A DNA stretch of 64,000 nucleotides from Opitutales bacterium (GTDB taxonomy: Bacteria > Verrucomicrobiota > Verrucomicrobiia > Opitutales > JABSRG01): NCBI GenBank assembly GCA_028280845.1, contig JANQKZ010000044.1, positions 12,359 through 76,358 on the forward strand, given 5' to 3'. The translations under genes were made by a program, and so were the position numbers. Below are positions 1 to 10,094 of this stretch, one piece after another. The number at the start of each line of letters is the position of its first letter. Position 1 is the stretch's first letter. The notes beneath the pieces are model-generated. The model was not told the DNA's origin. It searched no databases and saw only the letters and a list, made by a program, of their open reading frames with translations.

Positions 1-1
1 T

Positions 2-880
2 ACCTTTGATTGGAGACTCCCCGGAGATTCCAACTTGGACCCGGCAGGAACCTCGGGTTCTGGAGATAAGACCTACTGGAACGTGAACTTCAGTCCAGCC
101 TACCGGGTGAATGAAACCCTCACCTTGTTCGGAAATCTCCAAACCGGCACTGTGTTCAGCCCCTCTCAGTCGGGGGATATCAATGGAGATAATGCCTTCA
201 ACCAAAGCGAACTCTACGAGGCAGGCATACGGGGCAACTTCCTCGACAGTTCGGTCTACCTGTCCATCGTGGGTTATTATTATGATCGAACCACCCTGAC
301 CGAAACCCCCCTCGGGCAGGACTCTAATGCCACACGAGGTCAGGGCTTGGAGGTGGAGGCTTTCCTCTCCCCCACGAATAACCTCAAGATCTTACTCAAT
401 TTTACCGCGCAACAATCCCGATACCGCGGCAGTCTTCCCTTCCGCACGGTTCCGCTCACCGAAGAACAAGTCGCGTTGGGAGGAGGCGCGATCCAATTCG
501 GTTTCGACCCGCGCTTCCCCGCCATCGACCCAGCCGGACCTGATGGTAACAATCCGGACACTGATAAAGTGGGGTATCCCCAACTGGCCGCCAACGTTTT
601 CGTGATCTATGAGTGGAACAATGGTTTCGGCCTGGCCGCCGGGCCGACATGGAGAGACGGCTTTCTCGGAAATATCGAAGGCACGCTGGAGTACCCATCG
701 GCCACGATCTGGAATGCAAACGTCTTTTACCGCAATACCGAGTGGGAGCTCTTTCTTCGCCTCAATAACGTAACCGATGAATTTTACTTTTACGGAAACG
801 AGGGCGATTTCTCTGCCAACACCATATCCACCCCAGGCGATCCCTTCACCGCAGAATTATCGATAACCCGATTCTTTTAG
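2..880 (+). CDS. TonB-dependent outer-membrane receptor, C-terminal part (5' end lies outside the window)
   Basis: The reading frame is open to the window start. It has a beta-barrel-like alternating sequence and ends ...AELSITRFF with a terminal aromatic residue typical of OMP/TBDR C-termini. It lies next to a TonB-ExbBD cluster. Confidence 0.7.
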   Translation, partial: TFDWRLPGDSNLDPAGTSGSGDKTYWNVNFSPAYRVNETLTLFGNLQTGTVFSPSQSGDINGDNAFNQSELYEAGIRGNFLDSSVYLSIVGYYYDRTTLTETPLGQDSNATRGQGLEVEAFLSPTNNLKILLNFTAQQSRYRGSLPFRTVPLTEEQVALGGGAIQFGFDPRFPAIDPAGPDGNNPDTDKVGYPQLAANVFVIYEWNNGFGLAAGPTWRDGFLGNIEGTLEYPSATIWNANVFYRNTEWELFLRLNNVTDEFYFYGNEGDFSANTISTPGDPFTAELSITRFF

Positions 881-994
881 GGAGAACAAGAGGAGGCTGC
901 ATCTGGGCATAGAAGTTCCCCTTAAACTCCAAGAACCGCTATGTCCGATCCCAGTTGAGACAGGGTGCCTCACCCTATAAATCCATGGGCAAAC

Positions 995-1025
995 AAAAAA
1001 CCCGGTGGCATGCGGCACCGGGTTT
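995..1025. terminator. Bidirectional rho-independent terminator between convergent genes
   Basis: Stem CCCGGTG (1001-1007) pairs with CACCGGG (1016-1022). It is flanked by A6 on the left and TTT on the right, which gives a T6 tail on the minus strand just after the stop of the 1051-2415 gene. Confidence 0.65.
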
Positions 1026-1050
1026 GTAGGAGGAAAATCGACTAAATAAA

Positions 1051-2415
1051 TTAGTTGGCCTGGGCGGCTGCCCGCTCAACGGCATCGAGGTATTTCGCGA
1101 TACGGTCCTGCGGATCGATCAGCATCACCCGGCGCAGGAGCTCAGCAGCTTCATTAAATTTGCGTTGGTCTACCAACATCCGCGCATGATCCACGAGCGC
1201 AGGAACTTCGTAGTCTTCCAGCTTCTGGGCCCGGGCAAACATGATCTCGGCTTGCTCATATTCTGCCTGATTCCAGAAATAAGAAGCTAGATTCAGCAGG
1301 GCGGGACCGTTGAGCGGATCTTCGCTCAAAATGTTTTCCAAGGTTTCGGCAGCTCTGTCTTGTTCACCAGTGGCCAAGAAAATCTCCGACTGCAGGTTGT
1401 AGAGTTCCAGCTTTTCCGGTCCGCTCAATCGGTTTTCCATCAAACGGAAAATGTCGCTGATGTACTGGTCCCCTTCCGTGTAATTCCCCTGAGATACGAG
1501 AATACTTGCGGCACGAATGAATTGCTCAGGATCCAGCCCTCCACCTTGATTCAAAGCCTTTTTATAGGCATTCAGGGCGGATTCCGGCACCCCCTGGCGA
1601 AGATAAAGGTCACCCATTAACATCAAGGATTTGGGAGTCGAACGTCCCATGCGCTCGGTCAATTCCAGGTTGGCGATAGCTTTGGTGTACTCTTCAAGGG
1701 CAATGAAGGAATTTGCTTGGAAAATCCAATAATCCACATTCCCGGGATTCTCGGAAATCACCTCATTCAGGATACCAATCAATTCACCGTGTTTGCCCTG
1801 GGAATTCATGGACTGAATAATACCGTTCTTCCAGTCTACGTTTTCCGGGTCGAGCAGCAGGGCGTTCCGGTAGGCGTTTTCGGCAGATGCGTATTTTTGC
1901 AGATTCAGGTAGCTGTAACCTAGAACACCGTAGAGCACTCCGGTTCCTCCGCCCAACTCAATCGTTTTCACGAGAAGGGGAACCGCATCCTCGTATCGGC
2001 CCTCTTGAACGTAAACCGAACCGAGGTTCTTGTAGGCATTCATGAAGTTGGGGAACTTCCGGAGTGCGGCCTGATAGGCCCGCTCAGCCTGGTTGGTCTG
2101 GCCCGTCTGGAGGTAAAGATTCCCCAGGGTAAAGTCCATCGCGGCACTGGAGGCGGCGGTCGTGTTACCCTGCAGGAGGTTGATGGCCTGCTGGGTCTGA
2201 TTCGCTTGAATGAGAGGGATGATTTGCTGAATAACTGCACCCTCTTCTTGGGATACCTTCGGCTCCCGCTCACCGTCAAAACCATAGGTGCCCATAAACT
2301 CATTAATGAATGCCGGGCTGCGCCAAAACTCCTGAGTCAGGGCAATGTCCGGGGCACTCACCAGGGTGCCGGCAGGCAACAATGCCGCGAGGATGATTGG
2401 AAGAACTTTTTTCAT
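1051..2415 (-). CDS. Secreted TPR-repeat protein (TtpD-like last gene of the TonB cluster)
   Basis: Signal peptide MKKVLPIILAALLPAGTLVSA followed by many TPR-like repeats (e.g. AYQAALRKFPNFMNAYKNLGSVY). The ATG at 2415 is preferred over the TTG at 2427. It is co-oriented and nearly contiguous with tonB. Confidence 0.75.
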   Translation of the reverse strand: MKKVLPIILAALLPAGTLVSAPDIALTQEFWRSPAFINEFMGTYGFDGEREPKVSQEEGAVIQQIIPLIQANQTQQAINLLQGNTTAASSAAMDFTLGNLYLQTGQTNQAERAYQAALRKFPNFMNAYKNLGSVYVQEGRYEDAVPLLVKTIELGGGTGVLYGVLGYSYLNLQKYASAENAYRNALLLDPENVDWKNGIIQSMNSQGKHGELIGILNEVISENPGNVDYWIFQANSFIALEEYTKAIANLELTERMGRSTPKSLMLMGDLYLRQGVPESALNAYKKALNQGGGLDPEQFIRAASILVSQGNYTEGDQYISDIFRLMENRLSGPEKLELYNLQSEIFLATGEQDRAAETLENILSEDPLNGPALLNLASYFWNQAEYEQAEIMFARAQKLEDYEVPALVDHARMLVDQRKFNEAAELLRRVMLIDPQDRIAKYLDAVERAAAQAN

Positions 2416-2465
2416 GGATATTCTCAAAAGGTGGTGGATTAGGGTAAGAAGTCAGTTTGAAATGA

Positions 2466-3128
2466 TTAACCTCTCAAGGAGAAGCGGAAGGGCAGAAAAT
2501 AATAGGCTTTCACCTTTTTCCCCTGGCGGGTGGGGGATTCAAAAACAGAGGATTCCGCAGCTTCGATGGCAGGCTTGACGAAGGCGCGATGGCTCGAATC
2601 CACAACCTCAGCGACTTTCACCTTCCCCTGTTCATCGATAATAATTTTGAGGCGCACAAACCCCTCGATGCGCTCGCGCTTCAGCTCAAAGGGATATTCC
2701 AGGCGTCCTTGCCTGATGACGCGTGGCTTGCGGTCCAGGTCCTTCACGTCAAAGATCATTTCATCGAGGCTAGGACCCATCTTGTCAAAATTGACCACAC
2801 CCATGGTGGCTCCAAACCCGCCCGTTCCTGCATTTAAACTCACCTGCAGGTCAGTCAGGCTGATGGGCTCAGGCTCCGCCTCGAGCTCAGGCGCCTCTTC
2901 CGCTTCCGGCTCTTCTTCCGGTTCTTCTTCCGGTGGTGGAGGAAGTTCTGGCGGAGGCTCCGTTACATTGATTTGAGTCAGCTGTTTGTCGTCGTCGCCG
3001 GCGTTGGAAATGTATTGGGTCAGGGGAAGCAGGATGAATATTCCGACCGTGACCAGGATGGCCCACAGATATGGGACTCCTGTTGTCTTCTTTAGGACTT
3101 TACTCGGATCGTAGACTGGGGTGGACAT
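2466..3128 (-). CDS. tonB: Energy transducer TonB
   Basis: N-terminal TM helix, a Pro/Glu-rich spacer (PPPELPPPPEEEPEEEPEAEEAPELE), and a C-terminal TonB-C-like domain (GFVRLKIIIDEQGKVKVAEVVDSS...). It lies directly downstream of exbD genes. Confidence 0.85.
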   Translation of the reverse strand: MSTPVYDPSKVLKKTTGVPYLWAILVTVGIFILLPLTQYISNAGDDDKQLTQINVTEPPPELPPPPEEEPEEEPEAEEAPELEAEPEPISLTDLQVSLNAGTGGFGATMGVVNFDKMGPSLDEMIFDVKDLDRKPRVIRQGRLEYPFELKRERIEGFVRLKIIIDEQGKVKVAEVVDSSHRAFVKPAIEAAESSVFESPTRQGKKVKAYYFLPFRFSLRG

Positions 3129-3155
3129 GGAGAGGAGCTGATTAGATGAAATGGT

Positions 3156-3557
3156 TTACTTGGCTTGGGCGAGGTTAACTGCCGAGGCACCCGATCTTAA
3201 GGCTTCGTCAAACACCTTGAGGGCAACGTCAGCTCTCGCTCCTTTTTTGACCTGAATAATAACCGGGAGTTCCTCCTGCTGGGCGTTGTTGATCACGACC
3301 CGACGCACGCCGCCCAGCCCGACTTCCTTCCCTTTGAACAGCACTTCACCGTTCTCTGTAATCAGGAAAATGGTGGGTTCGGATTCGCTTTCGTTCGCAT
3401 CGCTCTGGTTGGGCTTTGCCGCTTCCAAACCTCGTTCATCGACGAATACAGTCGTGACGATAAAAAAGATCAGGAGGATGAATACCATATCGATGAGCGG
3501 CGAAATATTAATATCGTCGCTCTTCTGTGAGGTTTGGAAAGATTTTCGGTGGGACAT
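3156..3557 (-). CDS. exbD: Biopolymer transport protein ExbD/TolR (copy 2)
   Basis: 133 aa with the single N-terminal TM motif INISPLIDMVFILLIFFIV characteristic of ExbD/TolR. Confidence 0.85.
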   Translation of the reverse strand: MSHRKSFQTSQKSDDINISPLIDMVFILLIFFIVTTVFVDERGLEAAKPNQSDANESESEPTIFLITENGEVLFKGKEVGLGGVRRVVINNAQQEELPVIIQVKKGARADVALKVFDEALRSGASAVNLAQAK

Positions 3558-3566
3558 AACAAGATC

Positions 3567-3977
3567 CTAGCTCGTATTTTCGTCAGTTGCGAGGTAAACC
3601 GATGCCCCGGCGATCTTGGCCTCATCAATCACCCGGACAATTACAGAGGCATCCGCATTGCGGTCAATTTGGAGGATCACCGGCATGTCTTTGGACTGCA
3701 TAAGCCGCTCAACCGTCGAACGCACGCCCAGGACACCAATAATATCACCGCCGTAAACCACCTCACTGTTGTTGGAAATAGCGATCAGGATACTGTTCTT
3801 CTCCAGATTATCACCGGATACCGTGATAACCCGCTGAACAGGTATACCGGGCTCCTCCACGAAGACCGCAGCCACGATAAAGAAGATCAGGAGGATGAAC
3901 ACCATGTCAATGAGTGGCGAGATATTGATATCTCCCATATCCCCTCCCTTTGCTAAACTCTTTTTATACTTAGCCAT
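3567..3977 (-). CDS. exbD: Biopolymer transport protein ExbD/TolR (copy 1)
   Basis: 136 aa carrying the same INISPLIDMVFILLIFFIV motif. It is a paralog of the adjacent gene. Confidence 0.85.
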   Translation of the reverse strand: MAKYKKSLAKGGDMGDINISPLIDMVFILLIFFIVAAVFVEEPGIPVQRVITVSGDNLEKNSILIAISNNSEVVYGGDIIGVLGVRSTVERLMQSKDMPVILQIDRNADASVIVRVIDEAKIAGASVYLATDENTS

Positions 3978-3982
3978 AGTGT

Positions 3983-4594
3983 CTAGGCGGCGTTGCCCTT
4001 GGAAAAGATGGTTTCAAACTTCTGCATCGATTTACTCTCCAGCCGCTGAAAGACGGTTTCGAGAATGTTCCGTTTGCGCAGAATCATATAAATCATGACA
4101 TATCCCGGAATGGCGATGACCAGCCCGGTCTGGGTCGTAATCAAGGCCTCCGAAATGCCGCCGGCGATCAGGTCAATGGTCCGTCCTACATTTTTGGTCA
4201 ACCCATCAAAGGTCAGCAACATCCCGGTCACTGTTCCAAGCAACCCCATTAACGGAGCTACCCCAACCAGAACTGAGAGAAATGTGACCCGACGATCCAC
4301 TTGCGGAATGTGGGCGGCCCTGACTTCAGCAAACCGCGTTCGCAGGTCTGCCATGTTTTCTACACGATCTTGCGTATAATGAATGATGTGGGCCAGCTCA
4401 CCTTCGGCTTTCTCCGGCTCCTTCACCCAGTCATCCAACTTATCGACGGGCACTTTAATATAGTTACCACGGTTGAAGTGAAAATAGAGCTCAAACGCAG
4501 TAAAGTAGATAAATGCCGCCAGAAAGACCAGGGGAATCATGAGCGACCCACCGGCTCTCCAGAGGGTCCAGGCTTCGTTGAATAAATCAGTCAT
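3983..4594 (-). CDS. exbB: MotA/TolQ/ExbB proton-channel protein
   Basis: 203 aa, three predicted TM segments, and the conserved channel motif PLMGLLGTVTGML...AGGISEALITTQTGLVIAIP. Confidence 0.85.
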   Translation of the reverse strand: MTDLFNEAWTLWRAGGSLMIPLVFLAAFIYFTAFELYFHFNRGNYIKVPVDKLDDWVKEPEKAEGELAHIIHYTQDRVENMADLRTRFAEVRAAHIPQVDRRVTFLSVLVGVAPLMGLLGTVTGMLLTFDGLTKNVGRTIDLIAGGISEALITTQTGLVIAIPGYVMIYMILRKRNILETVFQRLESKSMQKFETIFSKGNAA

Positions 4595-4621
4595 GGGGGC
4601 GCGGGGGGTTGAACGCTACGT

Positions 4622-6028
4622 TTACTCGTTTGAGCCGTTGTTCAAGCCATTCACGAAGGCTGCAGCGTACTTCTCCATCGAGGCCATCACCCCTTGAGCG
4701 CGGCGGGCCAGGAGCGCGTGCATGATCAGGGCTGGAATAGCGGTGATCAATCCGTACTTCGTTGTGATCAAAGCCTCGGAAATACCACCGGCCAGCTTAC
4801 TTGCATCGGAAGTACCAAAGAGCGTGATCTGCTGGAAGGTGTTGATCATCCCGGTCACCGTTCCCAGCAGTCCGAGAAGCGGAGCGGTGGCGGCGGTCAC
4901 CGCAATGAAAGGCAGAAGCCGTTCCAGTTTCGGCTGAGTCTCCAGCATGCGCTCATAAAGGACCTCTTCCAACAATTCGCGGCTGTCACCTGAGAATGAT
5001 ACCGCATCGGTGAGCATAACTCCGAAAGGACCAGGGATGGACTGGGCTTTCTGCATCGCCTCATCCTTCTTTCCGCTGTTGACCAGGGTAAGGATCTCTT
5101 GGATGACCACTTCTTTCGGGCGCTTGACCTGGTAAATTTCAAAGACCTTAAAAATTGCGATCAAAATCGAAAGGGTGAAGAACCCGATGATCGGCCACAC
5201 CCAGACACCCCCAGCCCGGATTTCGTCCTCAAAGGTGGGCTGGTTCAAGGCAATTTCCAAGGCGTCGTTCTGGGTGGGGTCTTGGGGCAGAGCTCCCGTT
5301 CCAGAACTGGCCACACTCGCAATTTCGGTGGAAAACTCAGGACCAATGTCAATCACCTTGGGGCGAACTGGCTGGCTTCGGTCGACAAGACCGGCGCTGG
5401 TTCCATCGGAGGCGGAGAAGAAGGCAACCGGACCGAGAATAATAAAACTGCCGTCCTTCTGGGCACCACCCGGAACTTCAGCTGAACCGGGAAATGAGGC
5501 TCCACCAATCACATCCCCTACCCGGGTAAGGGCGGAGGAGAGCACACCGGACTGCGCTTCAAAAATTTGAGTAAAGCTGGCTTCCTCGCCGGTGTCGGAC
5601 ACTTCGGTAAACCCTTTGACGACATCGATCTGTTCCTGATACAGCTGCTTTTCCGCCACATTGATGCTGGCTTCAAAGCGGCGGGTGAAGTCGTTGAGAA
5701 GGTTTTCCATGTATTGGATATTTTCCTCAATCTTCTCGATGTCTTCGTTGATCTCAAGCAAGCCACGCTCACTCGCGTCCCGCATACGGAGCATGGTATT
5801 CAATTCACGTTCTTTATCATTCGCTTCCCGCTCCACCTCGTTCAGGCGCTTGGAAAGTGGAACTTTTTCTTCACGAATGTCGGCTTGAAGCTGAGCATAA
5901 GCTTCGATGGAGGCCTGAAGGTCGGCATCAATCGAGTTTTTGGCATCAACCAAGGTTTGAGCCATCAGGCCATTGCCGGCCAGAATGAATCCGATGATTA
6001 AGGGGAGGAGGATACTAATCTTTTGCAT
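4622..6028 (-). CDS. Large MotA/TolQ/ExbB-family protein with long periplasmic coiled-coil N-terminus (TtpC-like)
   Basis: 468 aa. It has a signal/TM segment and a coiled-coil-rich N-terminal half. The C-terminus carries the ExbB motif PLLGLLGTVTGMINTF...AGGISEALITTKYGLITAIP. Confidence 0.8.
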   Translation of the reverse strand: MQKISILLPLIIGFILAGNGLMAQTLVDAKNSIDADLQASIEAYAQLQADIREEKVPLSKRLNEVEREANDKERELNTMLRMRDASERGLLEINEDIEKIEENIQYMENLLNDFTRRFEASINVAEKQLYQEQIDVVKGFTEVSDTGEEASFTQIFEAQSGVLSSALTRVGDVIGGASFPGSAEVPGGAQKDGSFIILGPVAFFSASDGTSAGLVDRSQPVRPKVIDIGPEFSTEIASVASSGTGALPQDPTQNDALEIALNQPTFEDEIRAGGVWVWPIIGFFTLSILIAIFKVFEIYQVKRPKEVVIQEILTLVNSGKKDEAMQKAQSIPGPFGVMLTDAVSFSGDSRELLEEVLYERMLETQPKLERLLPFIAVTAATAPLLGLLGTVTGMINTFQQITLFGTSDASKLAGGISEALITTKYGLITAIPALIMHALLARRAQGVMASMEKYAAAFVNGLNNGSNE

Positions 6029-6046
6029 TTCGAGGTCCGGCTGAAA

Positions 6047-6835
6047 TTAGTTGATGTCCAGGTCTTGGATGTCGGCCGGCAGATTGACGAACCGGGCTAA
6101 CATTTTCTTTTCACGAATTTGCACCGCGTCGAAGACGTCGTTTTCAATCCCCGGAACCGCTTCCCAGGTCCAACCGCCGCCGGCCGGTTTACCGACCCCG
6201 GCGATCGTGGCGTTTTCATCGACAAAGTAGGCCGCGGAGATGCCGTAATAAATGGTAGAGAAATACAGCTGTTGACCGTTGATGGTCAGCAGCTCGCTGT
6301 GCACCTGGATGGAATTATGAAAATTGTTGATTTCGTCCAGAATCCCCACGACCACAACCGCACGATTGTTCAGGAGGCGGCGGTTGCCGGATTCTCCGGA
6401 TTTCGGCAATTGGCCGATCAGACGGTCGATCTTATCCAGCAGGGGCTGAGGGAGATACGGGATTACCGCACGGAGCCGGTCTTCGAAGTCGGCAATCACG
6501 GGATCAAACTGGGCGGTCATGGCTTGAAGCTCCGCCAGGCGCTCTTGCAGTTCGGCCCGCTTTTGCTCACCAAGACTGGTCGTTTCCTCTGTCTCTTCGA
6601 TGCGGGCTTCTACCGCCGCAATCTGTTTTTCGAGGGTATCGATGGTGTCCCTGATGATTTCCTTCTCAGTTTCCCATTCGTTCTTTTCCTGGGCGATGAG
6701 CTTCTTGGACTCGATTAACTCTGAAAGGGCATCTCGGGAATCCTCGATGATTTCTTGGGCAGAGGCAGGAATGATCAAGGCAATCAGGGCGCAGAACATT
6801 CCCAGCGTTGGGTTTTTAAGGATGCTTGAGATCAT
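6047..6835 (-). CDS. Periplasmic coiled-coil protein, DUF3450/TtpB-like
   Basis: Signal peptide MISSILKNPTLGMFCALIALIIPASA followed by heptad-rich sequence. It occupies the first position of the TonB2-type cluster. The start is placed at the internal ATG 6835; the 52 upstream codons of the 6047..6991 ORF look non-coding. Confidence 0.6.
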   Translation of the reverse strand: MISSILKNPTLGMFCALIALIIPASAQEIIEDSRDALSELIESKKLIAQEKNEWETEKEIIRDTIDTLEKQIAAVEARIEETEETTSLGEQKRAELQERLAELQAMTAQFDPVIADFEDRLRAVIPYLPQPLLDKIDRLIGQLPKSGESGNRRLLNNRAVVVVGILDEINNFHNSIQVHSELLTINGQQLYFSTIYYGISAAYFVDENATIAGVGKPAGGGWTWEAVPGIENDVFDAVQIREKKMLARFVNLPADIQDLDIN

Positions 6836-7247
6836 GATCTTGAGGGTCGAAAATGAATAAAAGAAGTGATGAGTGAAAGTGGGCGAACAAAGCCTAGGCG
6901 ACAAATAAAGTGGTGGGAGCGGAACCATCGGTGTTTTCAAAAAACAGGCCAATGTCAACCCGTGAATGTAAGCAAATGGCGCCTTTCCCAATTTTCATAT
7001 AATATACCAGCAGTTCCAACTTGGAAGATTCAATCAGAAATGTCCAATCGTACTTTCCAACATTTCCCTCGGGCGAGTTGCGGTCGTTCCCAAAGGTGGA
7101 TTGGTTCATCTGGCGTATCTTCCGGGGCGAGGTGAATAACAGACATAAAAGAAAAGGATGTGACAAACCGTGTTCCTGTGACAATCATGATTTTTGGAAA
7201 TTTGGAAAATCCTCCATTTCCCCTCAAAAACTAAGACTATTTACAAG

Positions 7248-8621
7248 ATGAGTGCTCGTGGATTGGACAGACCCAACCTCCTGGTTGCGGACGATCAAGA
7301 CGATATTTTAAAAGCTCTCCGGCTCCTTTTAAAAGGAGAGGGGTTCAGCGTAAAAACCGCCACCGACCCTGAGGGCGTCATCCAGGCCTTGAAACAGGAG
7401 GAATTTCATGCGGTCCTCATCGACCTGAATTACACCCGCGACACGACCTCCGGCCAGGAAGGACTCAACCTGATCGATTCCATTCAGGCGATGGACAGTG
7501 ACCTCCCCATCATTGTTATGACGGCATGGGCTACCGTCGACCTGGCCGTAGAGGCCATGCAGAAGGGCGCCCGCGACTTCATCCAGAAACCCTGGGACAA
7601 TAACCGCCTCGTCACCATCGTGAGAAACCAGGTTGAATTATATGAGGCCGTTCAGCGCGGAAACCGACTGGAGGATGAAAATCGGCTCCTGCGCGAGGAA
7701 GCCGGCGGCACAACCCTGCTCGCTCAGTCCATGGCCATGAACCCAGTCCTCGAACTGATCGATGCCGTAGCCCCTTCAGACGCGAACGTCTTGATCACAG
7801 GTGAAAACGGAACGGGTAAAGGAGTCGTCGCGAAGGTTATTCACGAGAAAAGCTTACGCAGAGAAATGCCGCTTATCAGCGTCAACATGGGTGGCCTGGC
7901 CGGAGGCGTGTTTGAGAGTGAACTGTTTGGACACGTCAAAGGAGCTTTTACCGACGCGAAGAGCGACCGTGCTGGCCGCTTTGAGCTGGCCAACCAGGGC
8001 ACCTTATTTATGGACGAAATCGGCACCGTCCCCCTCGAACAGCAACAAAAACTCCTACGCCTCCTGGAGACCGGTGAATTTGAGCGTGTGGGCTCATCGA
8101 AGACCCGAACCGTGGATGTCCGCATCATTTCTGCAACCAACGCGGATCTGGAAGAGTCGGTCAAAGAGGGGGCTTTCAGACAAGATTTACTGTTTCGCCT
8201 CAATACAATCATTATCCATCTCCCTCCGCTGAGAGAGCGAACCGACGACATCCCCCTACTCGCCGACTATTTTCTCCAGCAACATAACCAGAAGTATCGG
8301 AAGGCCATCGACGGATTCACCGAATCTGCCCTGAAAACGCTCAAAAATTACGAGTGGCCCGGAAATATCCGCGAGCTGGACCACTGCATCGAGCGCTCTG
8401 TTCTGCTTGCCCGTGGTAAGCAGATTCAGCCCGAGCAACTCGGGCTGAATACCGCCAAAACCGGACCGGCCACCCTCGATGACATGGACCTGGATGACCT
8501 GGAGGCCTACTTTATTAAGCGAACGCTGACCCGTTTTGGCGGCAATGCCACCGAGGCCGCCAAAGCCTTGGGCTTGAGTCGGTCCGCGTTTTACCGGCGT
8601 CTCCAACGCCATGGCCTGTAA
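7248..8621 (+). CDS. Sigma-54-dependent response regulator (NtrC family bacterial enhancer-binding protein)
   Basis: REC domain (LLVADDQDDIL...VLIDLNY). AAA+ sigma-54 activation domain with Walker A GENGTGKG, a GAFTDA loop and ESELFGH. C-terminal Fis-type HTH (AAKALGLSRSAFYRRL). ATG at 7248. Confidence 0.9.
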   Translation: MSARGLDRPNLLVADDQDDILKALRLLLKGEGFSVKTATDPEGVIQALKQEEFHAVLIDLNYTRDTTSGQEGLNLIDSIQAMDSDLPIIVMTAWATVDLAVEAMQKGARDFIQKPWDNNRLVTIVRNQVELYEAVQRGNRLEDENRLLREEAGGTTLLAQSMAMNPVLELIDAVAPSDANVLITGENGTGKGVVAKVIHEKSLRREMPLISVNMGGLAGGVFESELFGHVKGAFTDAKSDRAGRFELANQGTLFMDEIGTVPLEQQQKLLRLLETGEFERVGSSKTRTVDVRIISATNADLEESVKEGAFRQDLLFRLNTIIIHLPPLRERTDDIPLLADYFLQQHNQKYRKAIDGFTESALKTLKNYEWPGNIRELDHCIERSVLLARGKQIQPEQLGLNTAKTGPATLDDMDLDDLEAYFIKRTLTRFGGNATEAAKALGLSRSAFYRRLQRHGL

Positions 8622-8696
8622 CCCCATCCCTCGATGCGCTACTCCTTTATGGTTATCCTGAGACTTTTTCTGAGCCAGACAGTCTAAGGCACTACA

Positions 8697-10094
8697 GTGG
8701 AACCCATCCCCCATCCATCCGGCATGCCACGCAATCTTCAGAACGGGATCAGCTCCGGGCTCCCCAAACGCGTCGTCCATCATCGTAGGATTGTGTTAAG
8801 GCTAGCCCTCATGAGCGGACTCCCCGGCCTCCTCGCCACCTGCTTGTTTCTCTGGCTGGGCGACTATGCGACTAAGACCATTGTCACAACCCTGATCCTC
8901 GTCCTCGGGGCCTGGGGACTCCTCCTGCTTTCCCTCATGGAGGCCATTTTCAGACCCATGCAGGCCGCCTCCAACATGCTCAGCGCTTTGCGGGAAGGGG
9001 ACTTCTCGCTCAAACCCAGAGATGTCGACGAAGAAGATCCCCTTGGACAAATCATGTGGGAGATTGGGATGCTCACGAACACGTTGAATGAGCAGCGAAT
9101 GGGTGCCGTAGAAGCGACCCTGCTGCTTCAGCAGGTCATGGAGGAAATCGATGTTGCGGTTTTTACCATCAATCCCAGGGGCGAGTTAGGCCTTGTCAAT
9201 AAGACCGGGGAGGAATTGCTCGAAGCCCCCGCCGATGAGGTCATCGGAAAACCTATTGACGAATTGCCGGATGCCCTTCGCCTCGCCATGGAAGACGACC
9301 AACGCGGAGATCTGGTGTTTCCTGGCCGCGAAGGCCGTTGGGGCATGAAACGGGGAACCTTCCGAGAAAGGGGTGAACCGCACACCCTCCTTTTATTTAC
9401 TGATCTTAGCCGCCGGCTGAGGGAAGAGGAACGACAGGCCTGGAAACGGCTCATCCGGGTCATCGGCCATGAGATTAATAACTCCCTGGCCCCGATAAAA
9501 TCGATTGCCGGGAGCATGATGTCCTTGGTAAAACAGGACTCCCTCCCCGATGATTGGCGCGAGGACATGCAGGACGGTCTCGATGTCGTTTCTTCCCGTG
9601 TCGATGCCCTGTCACGATTTGTGGAGGACTATGCCCGCATTGCCCGACTTCCGCCTCCCAAAAAGGAAACGTTTCATATCGCATCCGTAGTGGAGCGTGT
9701 CGTCGCCCTCAGTGAGAAGAAATACGGCAATATCCACACCATCTCTAGCCCCGAGATTGAAATAGAAGCCGACCCGGACCAGTTGGAACAATTGTTGATC
9801 AATATTTCCAAAAACGGGGTTGAAGCCTCCCAGGTCACCGGCGGAATCGTCGAAATCGGTTGGGATATCCAGGATAATAAACTCCGGCTTTTCGTTCAGG
9901 ATGAAGGCCAGGGCATCGCAAATCCTTCCAATATCTTCGTTCCCTTTTTCTCGACCAAACCCGGCGGCTCCGGCATTGGATTAACCCTGAGCCGGCAGAT
10001 CGCGGAAGCACACGGCGGGGCCCTCCGCTTGGAGAACCGGAAAGATCAACGGGGTGCCGTAGCCACCCTCTTGCTCCCGCTTCCTGAGGTCTGA
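8697..10094 (+). CDS. Sensor histidine kinase (TM-HAMP-PAS-HisKA-HATPase)
   Basis: Two N-terminal TM helices, H-box VIGHEINNSLAPIKS, and ATPase boxes (NISKNGVEA, QDEGQGI, GGSGIGLTL). The GTG start at 8697 is uncertain; an alternative ATG lies at 8724. Confidence 0.85.
   Translation: MEPIPHPSGMPRNLQNGISSGLPKRVVHHRRIVLRLALMSGLPGLLATCLFLWLGDYATKTIVTTLILVLGAWGLLLLSLMEAIFRPMQAASNMLSALREGDFSLKPRDVDEEDPLGQIMWEIGMLTNTLNEQRMGAVEATLLLQQVMEEIDVAVFTINPRGELGLVNKTGEELLEAPADEVIGKPIDELPDALRLAMEDDQRGDLVFPGREGRWGMKRGTFRERGEPHTLLLFTDLSRRLREEERQAWKRLIRVIGHEINNSLAPIKSIAGSMMSLVKQDSLPDDWREDMQDGLDVVSSRVDALSRFVEDYARIARLPPPKKETFHIASVVERVVALSEKKYGNIHTISSPEIEIEADPDQLEQLLINISKNGVEASQVTGGIVEIGWDIQDNKLRLFVQDEGQGIANPSNIFVPFFSTKPGGSGIGLTLSRQIAEAHGGALRLENRKDQRGAVATLLLPLPEV

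Noticed and set aside
6836-6991. An N-terminal 52-codon extension of the DUF3450-like ORF, with similar upstream extensions of 7194..7247, 21169..21216, 35579..35629, 40753..40800, 46530..46598, 50114..50182 and 52744..52782.
   Set aside because: The extensions precede a good signal peptide or a conserved N-terminus. They use non-ATG starts or run through terminators and promoter DNA, so internal ATG starts fit the family N-termini better.
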